In this document: positions 1 through 14,672 of the stretch, piece by piece
Numbering within the stretch: the stretch's first letter is position 1
Layout: the number at the start of each line of letters is the position of its first letter
Assembly (NCBI GenBank): GCA_964016885.1
Contig: OZ024746.1
Span: 73,098,001-73,162,000 of the forward strand
DNA length: 64,000 bases
Source of the DNA: Eledone cirrhosa
Lineage: Eukaryota
Reading direction: 5' to 3'
Notes under the pieces: model-generated
What the model was told of the DNA's origin: nothing
Databases searched by the model: none
The model's input: only the letters and a program-made list of their open reading frames with translations
Translations under genes and position numbers: made by a program

Positions 1-1040
1 TTTCTCACCTTCTCTTTATCACTCTCTCCTTCTCTGGAAGAAACCAGCTGTGTTCAAACCTGGAGAGGCGATGAACTCCAGTAGGTTTAAAATGCTCAAA
101 GATACTCCGTATGTCACTACGGCGTACCTATGACTCCATCGAGAGTTAGGGATTCATACAAACTACTAAAATTATGTTATTAGTTTAATGCATGCGTTAC
201 TTTTACCAGCTAAGACACGACCAAATCAATCTGACTATTTTAAAGGTTAATTAAATTGGTCACAGAGGTTGAATGGAGGATCTCCAGATCAGAAACCTTT
301 TCGATGTGAATCCTTCGTAATCATTGCGCGTCTGATATTTAAATTTAGAAAACCTAAACATAATAAATACGGGAGATCTAGAATAAGAATAATGAAGTAC
401 TAGGGTGTGACTATCCTATGCCTATTCACTACATGAGTCAATATCAATTATGATGTTTATTTAAAAAACTTTCTTGAACAATATATCTATAAAGTAGCTG
501 TGTTATGCCGATTTTATTCATTCAGGTTTTGCAATAAAGTGAGGTTATCGTTGTTGTTTGGGAGAATTGGAGGGGCATACATAAGCGGAGATGTTCAGTT
601 ACACACCTATTTGTTTCTGATTAATCATGAGTGAAGCATATGCAATGTCAGGTATAGCTAACATAAAACTAGCGATCTCCTACCAGTTGGTTGACATGAA
701 TTTCCATATGGTCTAGAGGATGAAAGGGCGTTGATTAATTCACACCTTGTGTAGTTATTAAGGCAGTTGTCGGATGGTATACGTTGATATAGTTATGGTC
801 TGGTAGTGGATTCTTTTGGAGGAGGGTTATACTGAGATCAAACGTGTTTGAGGCTGTCCAATTTGTCTTTCGTTTCTAATACGCTGTGTAAGCTATGAGT
901 GAGGTAGGGATGAGCATGTTGTGTTACCGTGTGACGTAATATCCAGGGAGAATACAACTATAATATCACCTCTCTGCAGCCATTGTATGTTTCTTTCACG
1001 TGTTTTTGTTAATACCTTCTCAATTTTAGACCGTCGAGGG

Positions 1041-1235
1041 ATGCGCACAGAACAACGAATACACCTGAAGTTTCTCGTCTGGCTGAAAAAAAACTCGGAA
1101 TATAGAAGCACTAGGAATACTGCAACAAGTGTACGGAGATGAAATGACGTCGCACTCACGGGTTTTTGGGTGGCACAAAAGGTGAAAGACGTCCCCAAGA
1201 ACGGAAGGCCTTCAACGAGCAGGACTGAAGCCAAA
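1041..1235 (+). pseudogene. mariner transposase N-terminal remnant
   Basis: MRTEQRIHLKFLVWLKK followed by frameshifted LQQVYGDEM..RVFGWHKR and PKNGRPST, matching the mariner N-terminal HTH region. Confidence 0.7.
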
Positions 1236-2086
1236 GTTGATTATTTCGAAGGGGAAAACTTGTAGTTTGTAGTTTGGATTTGAAAATGTTTTTGCAACCG
1301 CAGTAATATTTCTTTTCTGACACCTCTCCTACTGTAGTGGCAGTTATTTCTAGCATAGTAGGTCTAATGACACGGTTGGTATCCCTTAGTTTGCTTCTCC
1401 AGGGAACATATTTACTAATAATATCAAGTAACCCGGAAACGAAATTTTGATGTATCTCAATCTGCGGGTGCCTTAAATTGTACTGTATAGCACTAACCAC
1501 TTTGTAAAGAATCCATATTGCTTTAAGAATTCTCTAAATTAAAAGTTACATAAAAATATAAATAGAATATTTTTCTTAGAAAAAATTTAAAAGAGATAAA
1601 AATTCTTATTCCTGTCACTCTAGAGAGATCCATAAAGTTTTGTTTTTATTCAAATGTTCGTTTTCGCAATTTATATATTTTATCATTTATTTTTAGTTTT
1701 ATTCGTTCTGTATTGCGGATAGCTAAATAAATATTATTGATTTTCACTCGTTGTCCTTCAAGCAGGGAGTGTCAATTTAGTACAAGATGAAAAGTTTCAA
1801 TACACAAACACACAAGTTTATATATGCTTATACATACATATATACATACACATATGTATGTGCATATGTTTGTAAGTCTGTATATATGTGCGTGCGTGTA
1901 TGTATATATCGATTTTTTTTGAAAAATTTCATATCAATAATAACCACGTAGACTATTAATTTATAAATCTCGCTCCCAATTATATGTTGAGAAGTCTGTA
2001 ACAAATCACTAATTTGTTTTCTTTCTTTCATTTCACGTACCCAAATATTTCCCTCCTCCTATAGCCACTCTCCTTCCAGAAAAAGA

Positions 2087-2148
<62 letters not shown>

Positions 2149-2674
2149 AAGTTATAGTCACTTATATATTATGAATTACTGTTGGCTTTTTGCTCACATT
2201 AATTTCTCTATTTTCATTTATATATATATATATATATTTCTCTTGAGTGGGTTGCAATATTTAATCAGAATTGGTTTTAATGTCTGACCCACATACGGAA
2301 GGAGACTAAAAAAGGATATACTAATCTGAGCTGTATATTAGTCGATATTCTTAAAACATTCTACTTTGTAAAAGATTTTAAAAATGCCCATTACAGTTTG
2401 ACTTAATCACCTTCAAAAAGGTAACATATATATAGGAATATATATTTTCAAGATAAGCGCAGATGAGATTGATACAGACTTGAACTACATACACTCACGC
2501 ACACTCTCACAAACACATACAACACACATGAAAAATACAAAGTTGAAAATGCACTAAATGATTTTACATAAATAGATTCAGGCATGGCTCACACGGTTCC
2601 GAGTTCAGTTCGTGCGCGCGCGCACGTTTGTGTGTGTGTATGTGTGTGTGTGAGTGAATGTACGTGTGTGTGTG

Positions 2675-2713
<39 letters not shown>

Positions 2714-2749
2714 GTGTGTGTATATGTATTTTCACCTCGCTGTCTCCGA

Positions 2750-3550
2750 CCTTTCAGTCCAATTTCTGCATATCCCTCTATCTCTCAACCAATCTTACCA
2801 CACCCTCTCAAACTTTATCTTCTACAAACCTATGTTGGCTTCACTTCTCTCAATGTACCCGCATCAAGTAGTACATACCCTCCTCCTAATTCATCCGTCT
2901 ATGTCGACCTTGCAATATAGATCAGGATTTCGAAACCCACTTTCAACACATAGCCTCTCACTTCATCTGGCTTGGATATCCCACACATTTATCCAAGCAG
3001 CCCTCACCTATGTTCGCAACATGGCTCACACATCAGCCTCCTGTCTCCGAGACTGCTCCTCTAGCACAGGCCTTCCCTTTCCTCTCATTTACTGCCCCTC
3101 TACTTTACCTCTCCACTGCTATATCTTTCAATACTTCCGAACCCTCCTCCCTGATATTGTCGCTTCCCCTTTCAACCTCAGCCTTCCATCTCTGCCTTTA
3201 AACGGATCCGCAATCTCTATGACGTTTTTGTCCATAGTTTCTCCCCCTCCTCACATAGGACTCCACTTGGCTCTCTTCTCTGCTTCCACCCACACTGTCA
3301 TACATGTCCATATCTTGCCATCTTTACCACAGTCACCGCTCCCGAACTACCATTCCTTCCACACCCATTACCCATTCACCAGTACCTACATAAATATCGT
3401 CTATGTCTTCGGTGTTCGCTCTGTGGGTTCATCAACATCGGACGAATAGGCGACCGTCATTCAGATCACTTTTTAAAGTATCAGTGGGACATACAATTTA
3501 GTAACGAAACTCCCGTCTCCAGTCACTTCCGTTTACCCAATCACCCCAAC
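2750..3550 (+). mobile_element. degraded Penelope-like element (Neptune-like), RT thumb to GIY-YIG
   Basis: Across frames: FIRLCR, PFPLIYCP, FTSTYINIVY/CLRCSLCGFINIG..DR...H, ETPVSSHFRLPNH; resembles the PLE GIY-YIG domain. Confidence 0.7.
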
Positions 3551-3811
3551 CAACGCCTCCCCGCTTTCTTCGGAGTTATATATGTACACGTGCATATGTT
3601 CCTGCATCTTTATGCGTGTATATGCAGATTTTACATGCTGAATTTCTGAAATGTTTTACATATCTTATAGGTCCATTAATGGACTGTACTTTCAAGTTCA
3701 TAACTAGCCGTGCTCTGCTCTTTCTGGTTTTGTGAAACCCAACTTCTCGAATTTGTACCGAGAAAGATAGTAATATAACATATGTATGTCTGCTCTGTTT
3801 TTATTATTTTA

Positions 3812-4216
3812 TGGTGGATTGGCAGTATCGGTAGAAGGTCAGACGCCATGCTTTGACGCACAGAGTTACGGCCCTTGCCATTCTGAGTTCAAATCCTGCC
3901 GAGGTTAACTTTGCCTTTCATCCTTACGGGGTCGATAAAATAAAGTACCAGTAATGCACTGGGTAATTGCTGGCCTTGTGCCAAAAGTAGAAACAATTAT
4001 TTTATATATGGGCGGTGGATTAAGGGCGGTGGATTGGCAGTAACGGTAGAGGGTCGGACGCCATGCTTTCCAGTATAGAGTTATGCCCCTTTATGGTCTG
4101 AGTTCAAATCCCGCCGAGGTTAACTTTGCCTTTCATCCTTACGGGGTCGATAAAATAAAGTACCAGTAATGCACTGGTTTAATTGCTGGCCTTGTGCCAA
4201 TAGTAGAAACAATTAT
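3812..4216 (+). mobile_element. two tandem copies of tRNA-derived SINE family 1
   Basis: A-box-like TGGCAGTATCGG, B box GAGTTCAAATCC, body TTGCCTTTCATCCTTACGGGGTCGATAAAATAAAGTACCAG, end GTAGAAACAATTA; copies about 3812-4000 and 4025-4216. Confidence 0.85.
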
Positions 4217-4250
4217 TTTATATATGTTTACCAACTGAGAGTCGGTGTAC

Positions 4251-4281
<31 letters not shown>

Positions 4282-4318
4282 TGTATGTATGTATGCATGT
4301 ATGAATGTATATGCGTGA

Positions 4319-4628
4319 AGGCGCGTGGCTTTGTGGTTAGGGTATTCGGCTCCCGATCGTGAGTTCGATTCCCGGCGGCGCGTTATACTCTTGAGCAAAA
4401 TACTTTATTTTACGTTGCTCCAGTCCACTCAACTGGCAAAAATGAGTTGTACATGTAATTCGAAAGGTCAGCCTTTTCACATTCTATGTCATGCTGAATC
4501 TCAGTGAGAACCACGTTAAGGGTACGCGTATTTGTGGAATGCTCAGCCACTTGCACGTTAATCTCATGAGCAGGCTCTTCCGTTGATCGTATCAGCAGGA
4601 ATACCGTCGCCGTAACCGACGGAGTGCC
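4319..4628 (+). mobile_element. tRNA-derived SINE family 2 (CORE-like)
   Basis: GTGGCTTTGTGGTTAG A box, GAGTTCGATTCC B box, CTTGAGCAA CORE-like segment; related copies near 32056, 58550 and 63500. Confidence 0.8.
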
Positions 4629-5470
4629 TTTATGTATGTATGTATGTATGTATGTATGTATGTATGTATGTATGTATGTATGTATGTATGTATGTATGTA
4701 TGTATGTATGTATGTATGTATGTATGTATGTATGTATGTATGTAGATATGCATGTATGCCTAAATGCATGTATGTATATAAGTATGTATGTGATTTTATG
4801 TGTGTTTTCAAGTTGGTAAAATTATATTTAGTTCACACAAAGGCGAAGGAAAGTATTAAACATCAGCCATTTTCAAGTATTAAATACCTGTATTTTCTGC
4901 TTGAACGTTTTGATTCAAAAGAATCCAGCAACGGATGATTATCCATATTGATTTTAGATAAAGATGATATTGAAGTTGTAATGATAACGTCTATCCATTG
5001 AAGTGAATCAGGCCTTTACATTGGCGCCAGATGTATGTTTATATAACAGAAAGATCACATTTTTAACCAGAATTTGAAGTGCGCATTGCAAATAAGAAAT
5101 GCTGTTGCTGTCTTAGGTCAACCCCGATTAAGCAGACCTGTTATCAAGGATCTTTCAGTTGTGACGAACCGGTTTTTTCTCTTGACATTATATATCTAGG
5201 ATTACATTATCCAATCTGTCCTTCATTCTTTAAAGCAAAAGAGCACATTTTGAGAAAGATTAGTGTATTTTCTCTGGCAGGCCTGGCGATCACGTAGAAA
5301 CTCCTGTTCATGACATTTGATTTTAGCCCCTATGTCTCTCTTAATCCTAAGTCCTTAGAACGTACAATCAAAGAGCTTTCCAGTCCTGACCAACAATTAT
5401 TTAAAGTAAACACACACACATATCCTAACATAATTGTATAGTTTTCCTCCTGTTTTGTTTCATGTATTAG

Positions 5471-5512
<42 letters not shown>

Positions 5513-5986
5513 TACCCCAAGTATCGAGTACTCTGGTGCGTTATGGTCCACCTGGTTATTTTTCTATGTATATTTTATAATTACATCTTGTAAACAAGTG
5601 TTAGCTGTATAGTGTTATGTTTAGTTCATGATGACAAGAGTTAACTTAAGAACAAACACTATTCTGAAGCTGATAGATAAAAGAGGTGTCTCTGTATGGG
5701 GAACCAACCTTTTGAAAAGCAGCTGAATCTTCCTGATATTCTGCCTTGCCGCTCTAAAAAGGGAAAACATTAAATATTGTAGTCCTATATACATATATGT
5801 GGGGATTGGTGTATATTATATACATATTATATATATACAACAACATCCTAAATTTCTTATCAACTAGAAACTTTCGGACTTTCGCAGTTATCTCCCTTAC
5901 ACCTCTCGCACGCAATTTAGTATTGCCTGTGTGAAGTGATCGTTTCTGCGCATGCGCGTTCGTACGGTTGTCCTTCCTGTTCATTA

Positions 5987-6024
5987 CGAGCTGAGGATCC
6001 GCTAAGGTGAAACAATTGTTCTCG
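5987..6024 (+). ncRNA. minimal type I hammerhead ribozyme (family C)
   Basis: CGAG-CTGAGGA-T-CC-GCTAA-GG-T-GAAAC-AATT-GT-T-CTCG; stem I CGAG/CTCG, palindromic stem III ACAATTGT; tail runs to (TA)n near 6122. Confidence 0.8.
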
Positions 6025-6119
6025 GTATGGTGAACTAACTGTTGTGTAACCACTTCTACCTAACTCGTCCCATGGACTGAGTGCTCTACCACTACGGATA
6101 TTACCTTCCAGTGTTCTAC

Positions 6120-6163
<44 letters not shown>

Positions 6164-6175
6164 CAAAGAAGGTGT

Positions 6176-6215
6176 GGTAGTACTAGTTTCAAGCTTATTA
6201 GCTATCGTCAGCACC
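6176..6215 (-). ncRNA. minimal type I hammerhead ribozyme
   Basis: Minus strand GGTG-CTGACGA-T-AGCT-AATA-AGCT-T-GAAAC-TA-GT-A-CTACC; palindromic ACTAGT stem III; stem I has a bulge. Confidence 0.7.
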
Positions 6216-6281
6216 GTATACCTTTCTGCCAGATGGTTGAACGTCCGAAAGTATATACTTTCCCTTACCACATTTCCTTCG

Positions 6282-6335
<54 letters not shown>

Positions 6336-6606
6336 GGAATAGAATGAAACGAAATTTAATTTCTCACTCTTAGTACGGCACTTACTTAAATGTAAGTATG
6401 TATGTATACGTACATACATATATGTATACAGACGTACAGTAGCATGTATATATATACATACAGGCACACATATATATATGCACGTATCAGTTTACCGAAC
6501 ATTTATTATAATGCTCGGTTTGTTCGTTTGTAAACAAACGAACAGCCTGAATTACGCCGTACAGTGTTTAGGCAACCACGTCACTTTTTTGTTCAACACT
6601 GACACA

Positions 6607-6779
6607 GGAACGAGGTGGACCATAACGCACCAAAGTACTCAATACTTGAGGTAGTAGAGTGGGTAATAGGAACCAGTAAGACCCCGACAGCTGAGCTCAA
6701 GCCGTTTCGACGGCTAATTCTGGACTCCAGAATTAGCCGTCGAAACGGCTTGAGCTCAGCTGTCGGGGTCTTACTGGTT

Positions 6780-6784
<5 letters not shown>
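6607..6784. mobile_element. fold-back PLE end, family A'
   Basis: 59-bp inverted arms 6666-6724 and 6726-6784 plus a one-sided tail; contains hammerhead 3' half GAAACGGC..GCTGTC; ends in (TA)n. Confidence 0.75.
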
Positions 6785-6835
<51 letters not shown>

Positions 6836-7050
6836 TTGCAAGGTTTTTGATATGAAATCGTGTGTCGAAACAAATATTGTTATACTTGGGGAGGGTCATA
6901 TTGTTGTAATACTATTGCCAGAAATAATAACAGAACACACTCACTGTATGTACAGATACTTCTGTATCTCCACAGTTAATTCATTTGGTCCTCAACGTTT
7001 ATCATTGACTGACCCAACGGTCAAAAATACAGAGATAAACACATATATAT

Positions 7051-7100
7051 AGTCTAACAAAGTTCTTTCGTTGCACATCTGCAACATCATCAGTGGTACT
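7051..7100 (-). ncRNA. type I hammerhead ribozyme downstream of GIY-YIG remnant
   Basis: Minus strand AGTACCA-CTGATGA-T-GTTGCA-GATG-TGCAAC-GAAAGAACTT-TGTTAGACT; stem I imperfect. Confidence 0.7.
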
Positions 7101-7303
7101 ATTATGTTCCTCCTGTTGTATTGTATGTCTACGCCATTTTTATTTTATGTGTTTATTTATTTATTTATTTTTGTCTTCTCTGTGTATAGTGCGTGTGTAT
7201 AGTGTTTGGTGTGTGTGTTCGCGTTTGGATGACTATGTTTTGGTTTTTGTGTTCTATCTTAGTTTACTAGTGTGTGTTTATATGTTTTTGTTGTTATTGT
7301 GCT

Positions 7304-7356
<53 letters not shown>

Positions 7357-7416
7357 TTATTTATTTATATTTCTCTTAAGTCAGTATTGTTTGTTTGGGT
7401 GTTGTTGTTATTCCAT

Positions 7417-7775
7417 TCATTTTATTCTGTTTAGCTTTGGCCTTCTAAGCTCTATTTTGCTTGCTTCTCTGATTTGCCTACCTGGTGGGTCATTTTTATG
7501 TTTGGATATTATTTTAATTTCTATGTTGTCTATGTTACCGTCATGTTGTTGTCTGGCCTCTTCGTATGGTACTGAGCCGTTTTTTCGTCCTTTTAATTTC
7601 CCCCCAGTGTTGGTCTATCCTTTCTCCTATGCTTCGAGCTGTCTCGCCTATGTATGTTGTTGTCATGTTTCTGCAAGTACCCTCTGTACATCTTATGCTA
7701 TAGACTACATTTCTAGTTTTACAGTTTATCTGGGGGTTTACTTTACATATAACACATTTCCTATATGGACTTGTA
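7417..7775 (-). pseudogene. PLE GIY-YIG endonuclease domain (5'-truncated, no start codon)
   Basis: Open frame KCVICKVNPQINCKTRNVVYSIRCTEGTCRNMTTTYIGETARSIGERIDQHW...DPPGRQIREASKIELRRPKLNR, then EW after a frameshift. Confidence 0.85.
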
Positions 7776-7979
7776 ACTCTTAGAGTCGTTGTAACTACTA
7801 TAGTATTTTAAACTCACATTCAAATACACACATGTATTATTCATGTATATATATATTAAACCTAAGCCAAAATGAACATATCTCTGTATATATTAGGACT
7901 CCATTATAGGCTTATAGTGACGCTAGAAATAACACTAAAAAACCCCATCTAAATCTACTCAACAATGAAGGTGTAACCA

Positions 7980-8393
7980 ATATCATTAAAAAAGTTACTT
8001 GTCTCTAATACTTAAAGATCGGAATGAAAGGATAAAATATTCAGATAAATTGTTAACGAAGAGAAGTAATTAATCAAATCAAACTGAAGTAACAATCTCG
8101 ACTAAAATAAACCAATTTAACTCATAAAAAGTCCCCAATCAAGGTTTCTGGAATTCAAGAAACAATATTAATTATTTAAAAACATTGAAACAACCATTAT
8201 TGGAACAATTAATTCCGGGGACTTTTTATCTGTAAATTTGGTTTATTTTAGTCGATCTAGCTTATATCTGCCCAAATCGAGATTTTTTACTTAAGTTTGA
8301 TATGTCTAATTACTTCTCTGAGTTGATAATGTATCTGAATATTTTTTCCTTTCATTCAGATGTTTAAATATTAGAGACAAGTAAGTTTTTAAT

Positions 8394-8400
<7 letters not shown>
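7980..8400. repeat. old imperfect long inverted repeat (MITE or fold-back element)
   Basis: Arms about 7980-8136 and 8217-8400, e.g. TTACTTGTCTCTAATA/TATTAGAGACAAGTAA and TCGACTAAAATAAACCAA/TTGGTTTATTTTAGTCGA. Confidence 0.7.
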
Positions 8401-8435
<35 letters not shown>

Positions 8436-8437
<2 letters not shown>

Positions 8438-8668
8438 CAAAGAGGGTGTGGTAAGATACTAGGTGGACCATAACGCACCAGAGTACTCAATATTTAGGGT
8501 AGTGGGTAATAGGAAAAGAGTCAGGACCCCGACGGCTGAGCTCTGGCCGCTTCAACAGCTAGATCCGAACTTACCCAGTAGTATTAGGGCGTCCTAATAC
8601 TACTAGTTAAGTTCGGATCTAGCTGTCGAAACGGCCGGAGCTCAGCCATCGGGGTTCTGACTCCTTTC
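8436..8668. mobile_element. fold-back PLE end, family A''
   Basis: Tail 8436-8510, then a palindrome centred near 8589; (TA)n on both sides. Confidence 0.75.
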
Positions 8669-8774
<106 letters not shown>

Positions 8775-8799
8775 ACGTGCGTGAGTGATTGTCCTTTCA

Positions 8800-9340
8800 A
8801 TTCTTCTTTATCGGAGTGATAGTTGGACAATGTACTCAGGTCAAGAAAGAAGGCTGAACAATTTTCACATGCGCTCTGTTTGAGGAAGATCCTTAACATT
8901 TAATGGTAAGATAAAATCCCTGGTACAGAAGTTCTCCGGAGAGTACATGTTCCATCATTTTACCGCATTCTTAGAACCAAACGAGTGAAATGACTACGTC
9001 ATGTCTCAAATTGATGAATCCAGAATCCCCAAGCAATGCTCTATAGTGAACTCGAAGATGAGCTACGTTGAAGAAAATAATGTAAAACTACCCTGAAACA
9101 GTTCACCATTGATAAAGGGCAATGAGAAGAGTCAGCAAAGAACAGTGACAATTGGAGATTAGCTGTATACAGACGAGCCAAAGTATTTCAAAATTTACAC
9201 ATCAGCATGCTGTTGATCCAAGTCAAAACAGAAGTTTTCCACCTTGGTTAACACTACTGCTTTAACATTGTTCTACTGTGGGTATTGTAAAAAGCTATTT
9301 TGACTGCGCATAGGACTAATCAGCTACGAAATGCACACAC
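8800..9340 (+). mobile_element. RTE (BovB-like) LINE 3' remnant
   Basis: SWTMYSGQERRLNNFHMR, LRKILNI, DKIPGTEVL, DESRIPK, LYSELE, NWRLAV, FYCGYCKKLF..RIGLIS with stops and frameshifts. Confidence 0.8.
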
Positions 9341-9341
9341 A

Positions 9342-9414
<73 letters not shown>

Positions 9415-9415
<1 letters not shown>

Positions 9416-9558
9416 AGTGGTTACACAACAGTTAGTTCACCATACCGAAAACAATTGTTTCACCTTAGCGGATCCTGTTCCGTATAACCATGTCCATTAC
9501 GAGGTGAGGATCCGCTAAGGTGAAAAAATCGTCCCATGGATTGAGTGCTCTACCACTA
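9415..9558. mobile_element. fold-back PLE end, family C (internally deleted)
   Basis: Inverted TTTCACCTTAGCGGATCC / GGATCCGCTAAGGTGAAA; same family as 5987 and 45440. Confidence 0.7.
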
Positions 9559-9559
9559 T

Positions 9560-9870
<311 letters not shown>

Positions 9871-9917
9871 GAAGTATACACACATACACACACACACACA
9901 CACAAGAGAGAGAGAGA

Positions 9918-9997
<80 letters not shown>

Positions 9998-10274
9998 ATA
10001 TATATTAGAGATGAACAGTGTTCTTATTCAGTCTCTGGTGAAGGATCGAGAGAGAGCGTGTATACTTGTAAACGCAATAGAAAACATGACATTCTGAGAA
10101 AGACGACATCTCGACATCTACAGGTGCAATGACGGTGATGATAAGAAATACGATAGTAGTGATGATAATGATAATGATTGAAGATTTATTTGGATAATTG
10201 TATTCGTAATACGCACATACACTCAGACATACATACTTGCATACATAGATACATACATACATTCATACATACAT

Positions 10275-10330
<56 letters not shown>

Positions 10331-10334
<4 letters not shown>

Positions 10335-10553
10335 ATAATAATAAATTTGAAGACTAAAATCCAAAGAGGGCTCGATAAGGATAAATATATATTAAATATA
10401 TAAGAACCGTAGAGCATATATTTATTAAAATAACAGATTAAAGTTTAAGCAAAGAATCGCTGCTTTCACCCTTAACGGGATCTTCTGAAACTCAGAAGAT
10501 CCCGTTAAGGGTGAAAGCAGCGATTCTTTGCTTGAACTTTAATCTGTTATTTT

Positions 10554-10559
<6 letters not shown>
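10331..10559. mobile_element. fold-back PLE end, family B
   Basis: Tail 10331-10424, arms of about 65 bp centred near 10491; (TA)n on both sides. Confidence 0.8.
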
Positions 10560-10609
<50 letters not shown>

Positions 10610-12707
10610 GCATACACATGCACGCATAATACATGTACATATACATACATCAATTTCACTTAAAATGTTATTAAAATCCTGTGGAAATTTGCCAAAAATT
10701 GTGGATAAATAATAGCAGTATAATTAAAACATGTACGATTTAGATTTTTAAAAAAATTACATTTTGGTCTTTTATGTCTTCCCAAAATAAATATTTCTCT
10801 TGGTTCCTATTTTAGATATACAGTTTTTATAAATTAAACCCTTCTTGTTCTTTGTATTTTTATACAGGAGCGAAATAAGTATTGATTTTCTAGCCAATCA
10901 TAAGTCCAATTGTTCTAGAAAAAACCTAAATGATTACACCAATTGCAGTATATCGACTATTTGAGGGTTAAAAATAAAATTATTTTTGTTATCATTGTAG
11001 TTGTTATTTAGACCCAGATTAATTTTGATTAAGTAGACTTATGATCAAATGTGTTCTCACCATCCCACCCTCTCGTTTATATTCAAATATAGAGTGTATG
11101 GAACCACATTCTTTATCATGTTTCCCCACCTGCTGATGTTGTTGTTTAACAATAAGTCCTCCCTAAAAAAGATTATGAACGAAGGTATTCTAGGGATGAC
11201 ACATCATCTATTTTTCAGGCATATAATACGAATGAACAAGTATGGTCAGGTCAGGCTTCTACCTGCTTCTGGTACCATGTAACCCAGTACAACCTGATAC
11301 ATGGTCGAGTGGTCGGTGACTAAACCGGCTCCCCCACCAGACTCTGATCTGGTGAGAATGTTAAGTGGAACCTCAGCAGCACAAAAAAAAGAAAGCTGTC
11401 AAAAGGGCGAATAAACTGATCAGAATCAACAGCCACCCACCCCAACTACAGGTTAAATAACCTCACCAAACCACAATTGCCCAAGTGTAGTGAGCACAGC
11501 TACACTCCTGACGTGAACAAAATCAGACAAAAAGCGGTGGATGGCAATTATGTGTGTGTGTGTGTGTGGGGGGGGGTTCCCTCCAACGGGAGTGAGACGG
11601 ACCTGTATTGATTATATGTAAGAATACATTAACCAATGTGTCCTACTTTGTTTTTGTTGTTGGTTATTTCCAGCTATGATCGCCTCTTTTTTTTTTATCA
11701 TATTGTGTACCTTGTTACTGTTGATGATGATATTTTTGCAGTTGCTTGTTGAACCAATTCTTAGCACACTTTTAATCACGTGAGTACCTAGAACCACATC
11801 CAATATTTTTCGTTAGATAATACGTAACGTTCTCATTAACTGATAAAAAAAAACAAACTATTGAGGTTAATAATGTTATTTAGCCGCATGTCAGCTTTAA
11901 GAAAACATGCATAAGAATAACGGCTTCCAGCAATGTCCACCTCGTTTTATTTTAATTTTATTCTTGTATACTGTATCTAAGATGATATTTTCAAATATAT
12001 CCTTTCTTCTTTTTGGTTGTTATTTCTGATAGTCGAATGACAATATAGAAGCTCTCATTAGGAAGTAGAAAGCAAAACATATTTCAGTTGTATATAATCA
12101 TTGAACGGATGATGAAGAAATCAAATAATATATTACATTGTGATGGAAACTCTTCTCACTAAACCTTATTATCAGATAGATCTGTACAAGCCACCAAAGT
12201 GGAAGGTAATGAACTTTTCTTTTGATTATTTTCTCCTATGGCACCAATGTTATTGATGCGATGTGGTTTCAATTGACAATGAAAACCGTCTCGTTAATTA
12301 TGTTCAACAGGAATTACGCTTCGGAGTGTGCAGTGCTATCAAAGCAGAATGAAAATATTGTATTGAGTCTTAGGCAAATAAAGAATAATCATGAAAAATA
12401 AATTAACCGAAATGAATTATATTTTTAAATAAAATAATAAATGAATAAAGAAGAAAATTATTTGAAATTCTAATAGAATGTTCTAATTTTGAGAACATGA
12501 TATTTTAGGTATCACCATTACTTTCCCGTTATTTACACAGAAATATGATGAGTTCAGCGGAAATAATCCATGAGAGACTTTCAATACTTGTTCTTTCATT
12601 TTTTAATAAATATTCAAAACAAGTTTCGGGATTTCATGATATTATTATTATTTTTTAATCGAAACACAACAAAATAAAGAAATCTTTTTGATTTCTCTTT
12701 AATTTCC

Positions 12708-12808
<101 letters not shown>

Positions 12809-13030
12809 ATATATATACACACATATATACACACACATTTATATATATATATATATATATATATGTAGATAAATCTACCAAGAGTTTACGGTAGTGTCCA
12901 ATCCGTATGAAGAACTCAATGTAATCCGGATATCATGGAAAGAAGAGATGCAATGAAAAATCACTTTCGGTGAAAGATAAACGGAATACAGAGTCAAGAT
13001 AAAATATTAAAAAAATAATGAATAAAACAA

Positions 13031-14185
<1,155 letters not shown>

Positions 14186-14212
14186 TTTACTTAAACAATA
14201 ATCTGTTATTTT

Positions 14213-14262
<50 letters not shown>

Positions 14263-14266
14263 CATA

Positions 14267-14383
<117 letters not shown>

Positions 14384-14484
14384 TGTGTGTGTATGTATAT
14401 ATAATCCGTAACATATTTCTTAGTCTTAGCCTATAAAAACGAAAATATGCGTAAATTTAATGCGATTGAAATTTGTATTTTTTT

Positions 14485-14672
14485 AATAATTGTTTCTACT
14501 TTTGGCACAAGGCCAGCAATTATCCAGTGCATTACTGGTACTTTATTTTATCGACCCCGTAAGGATGAAAGGCAAAGTTAACCTCGGCGGGATTTGAACT
14601 CAGATCATAAAGGGAGGTAACTCTATGCTTCAAAGCATGGCGTCCGACCCTCTACCGATACTGCCAATCCAC
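14485..14672 (-). mobile_element. SINE family 1
   Basis: Reverse complement of the 3812 element. Confidence 0.85.

Noticed and set aside
1240-1500. Deleted Naiad-like PLE fragment
   Set aside because: Faint resemblance only (LDIISKYVP.RSKL, KYYCG..FKSK); not supportable by eye.
3812-4400. tRNA genes
   Set aside because: The A and B boxes belong to multi-copy SINE heads with no complete cloverleaf.
11240-11610. RTE 5'UTR with HDV-like ribozyme
   Set aside because: Some hairpins are present but no consistent double pseudoknot.
12165-12215. Possible 30-nt host exon (CAG...GAAG/GTAATG)
   Set aside because: Splice-like motifs alone, with no supporting exons or homology.
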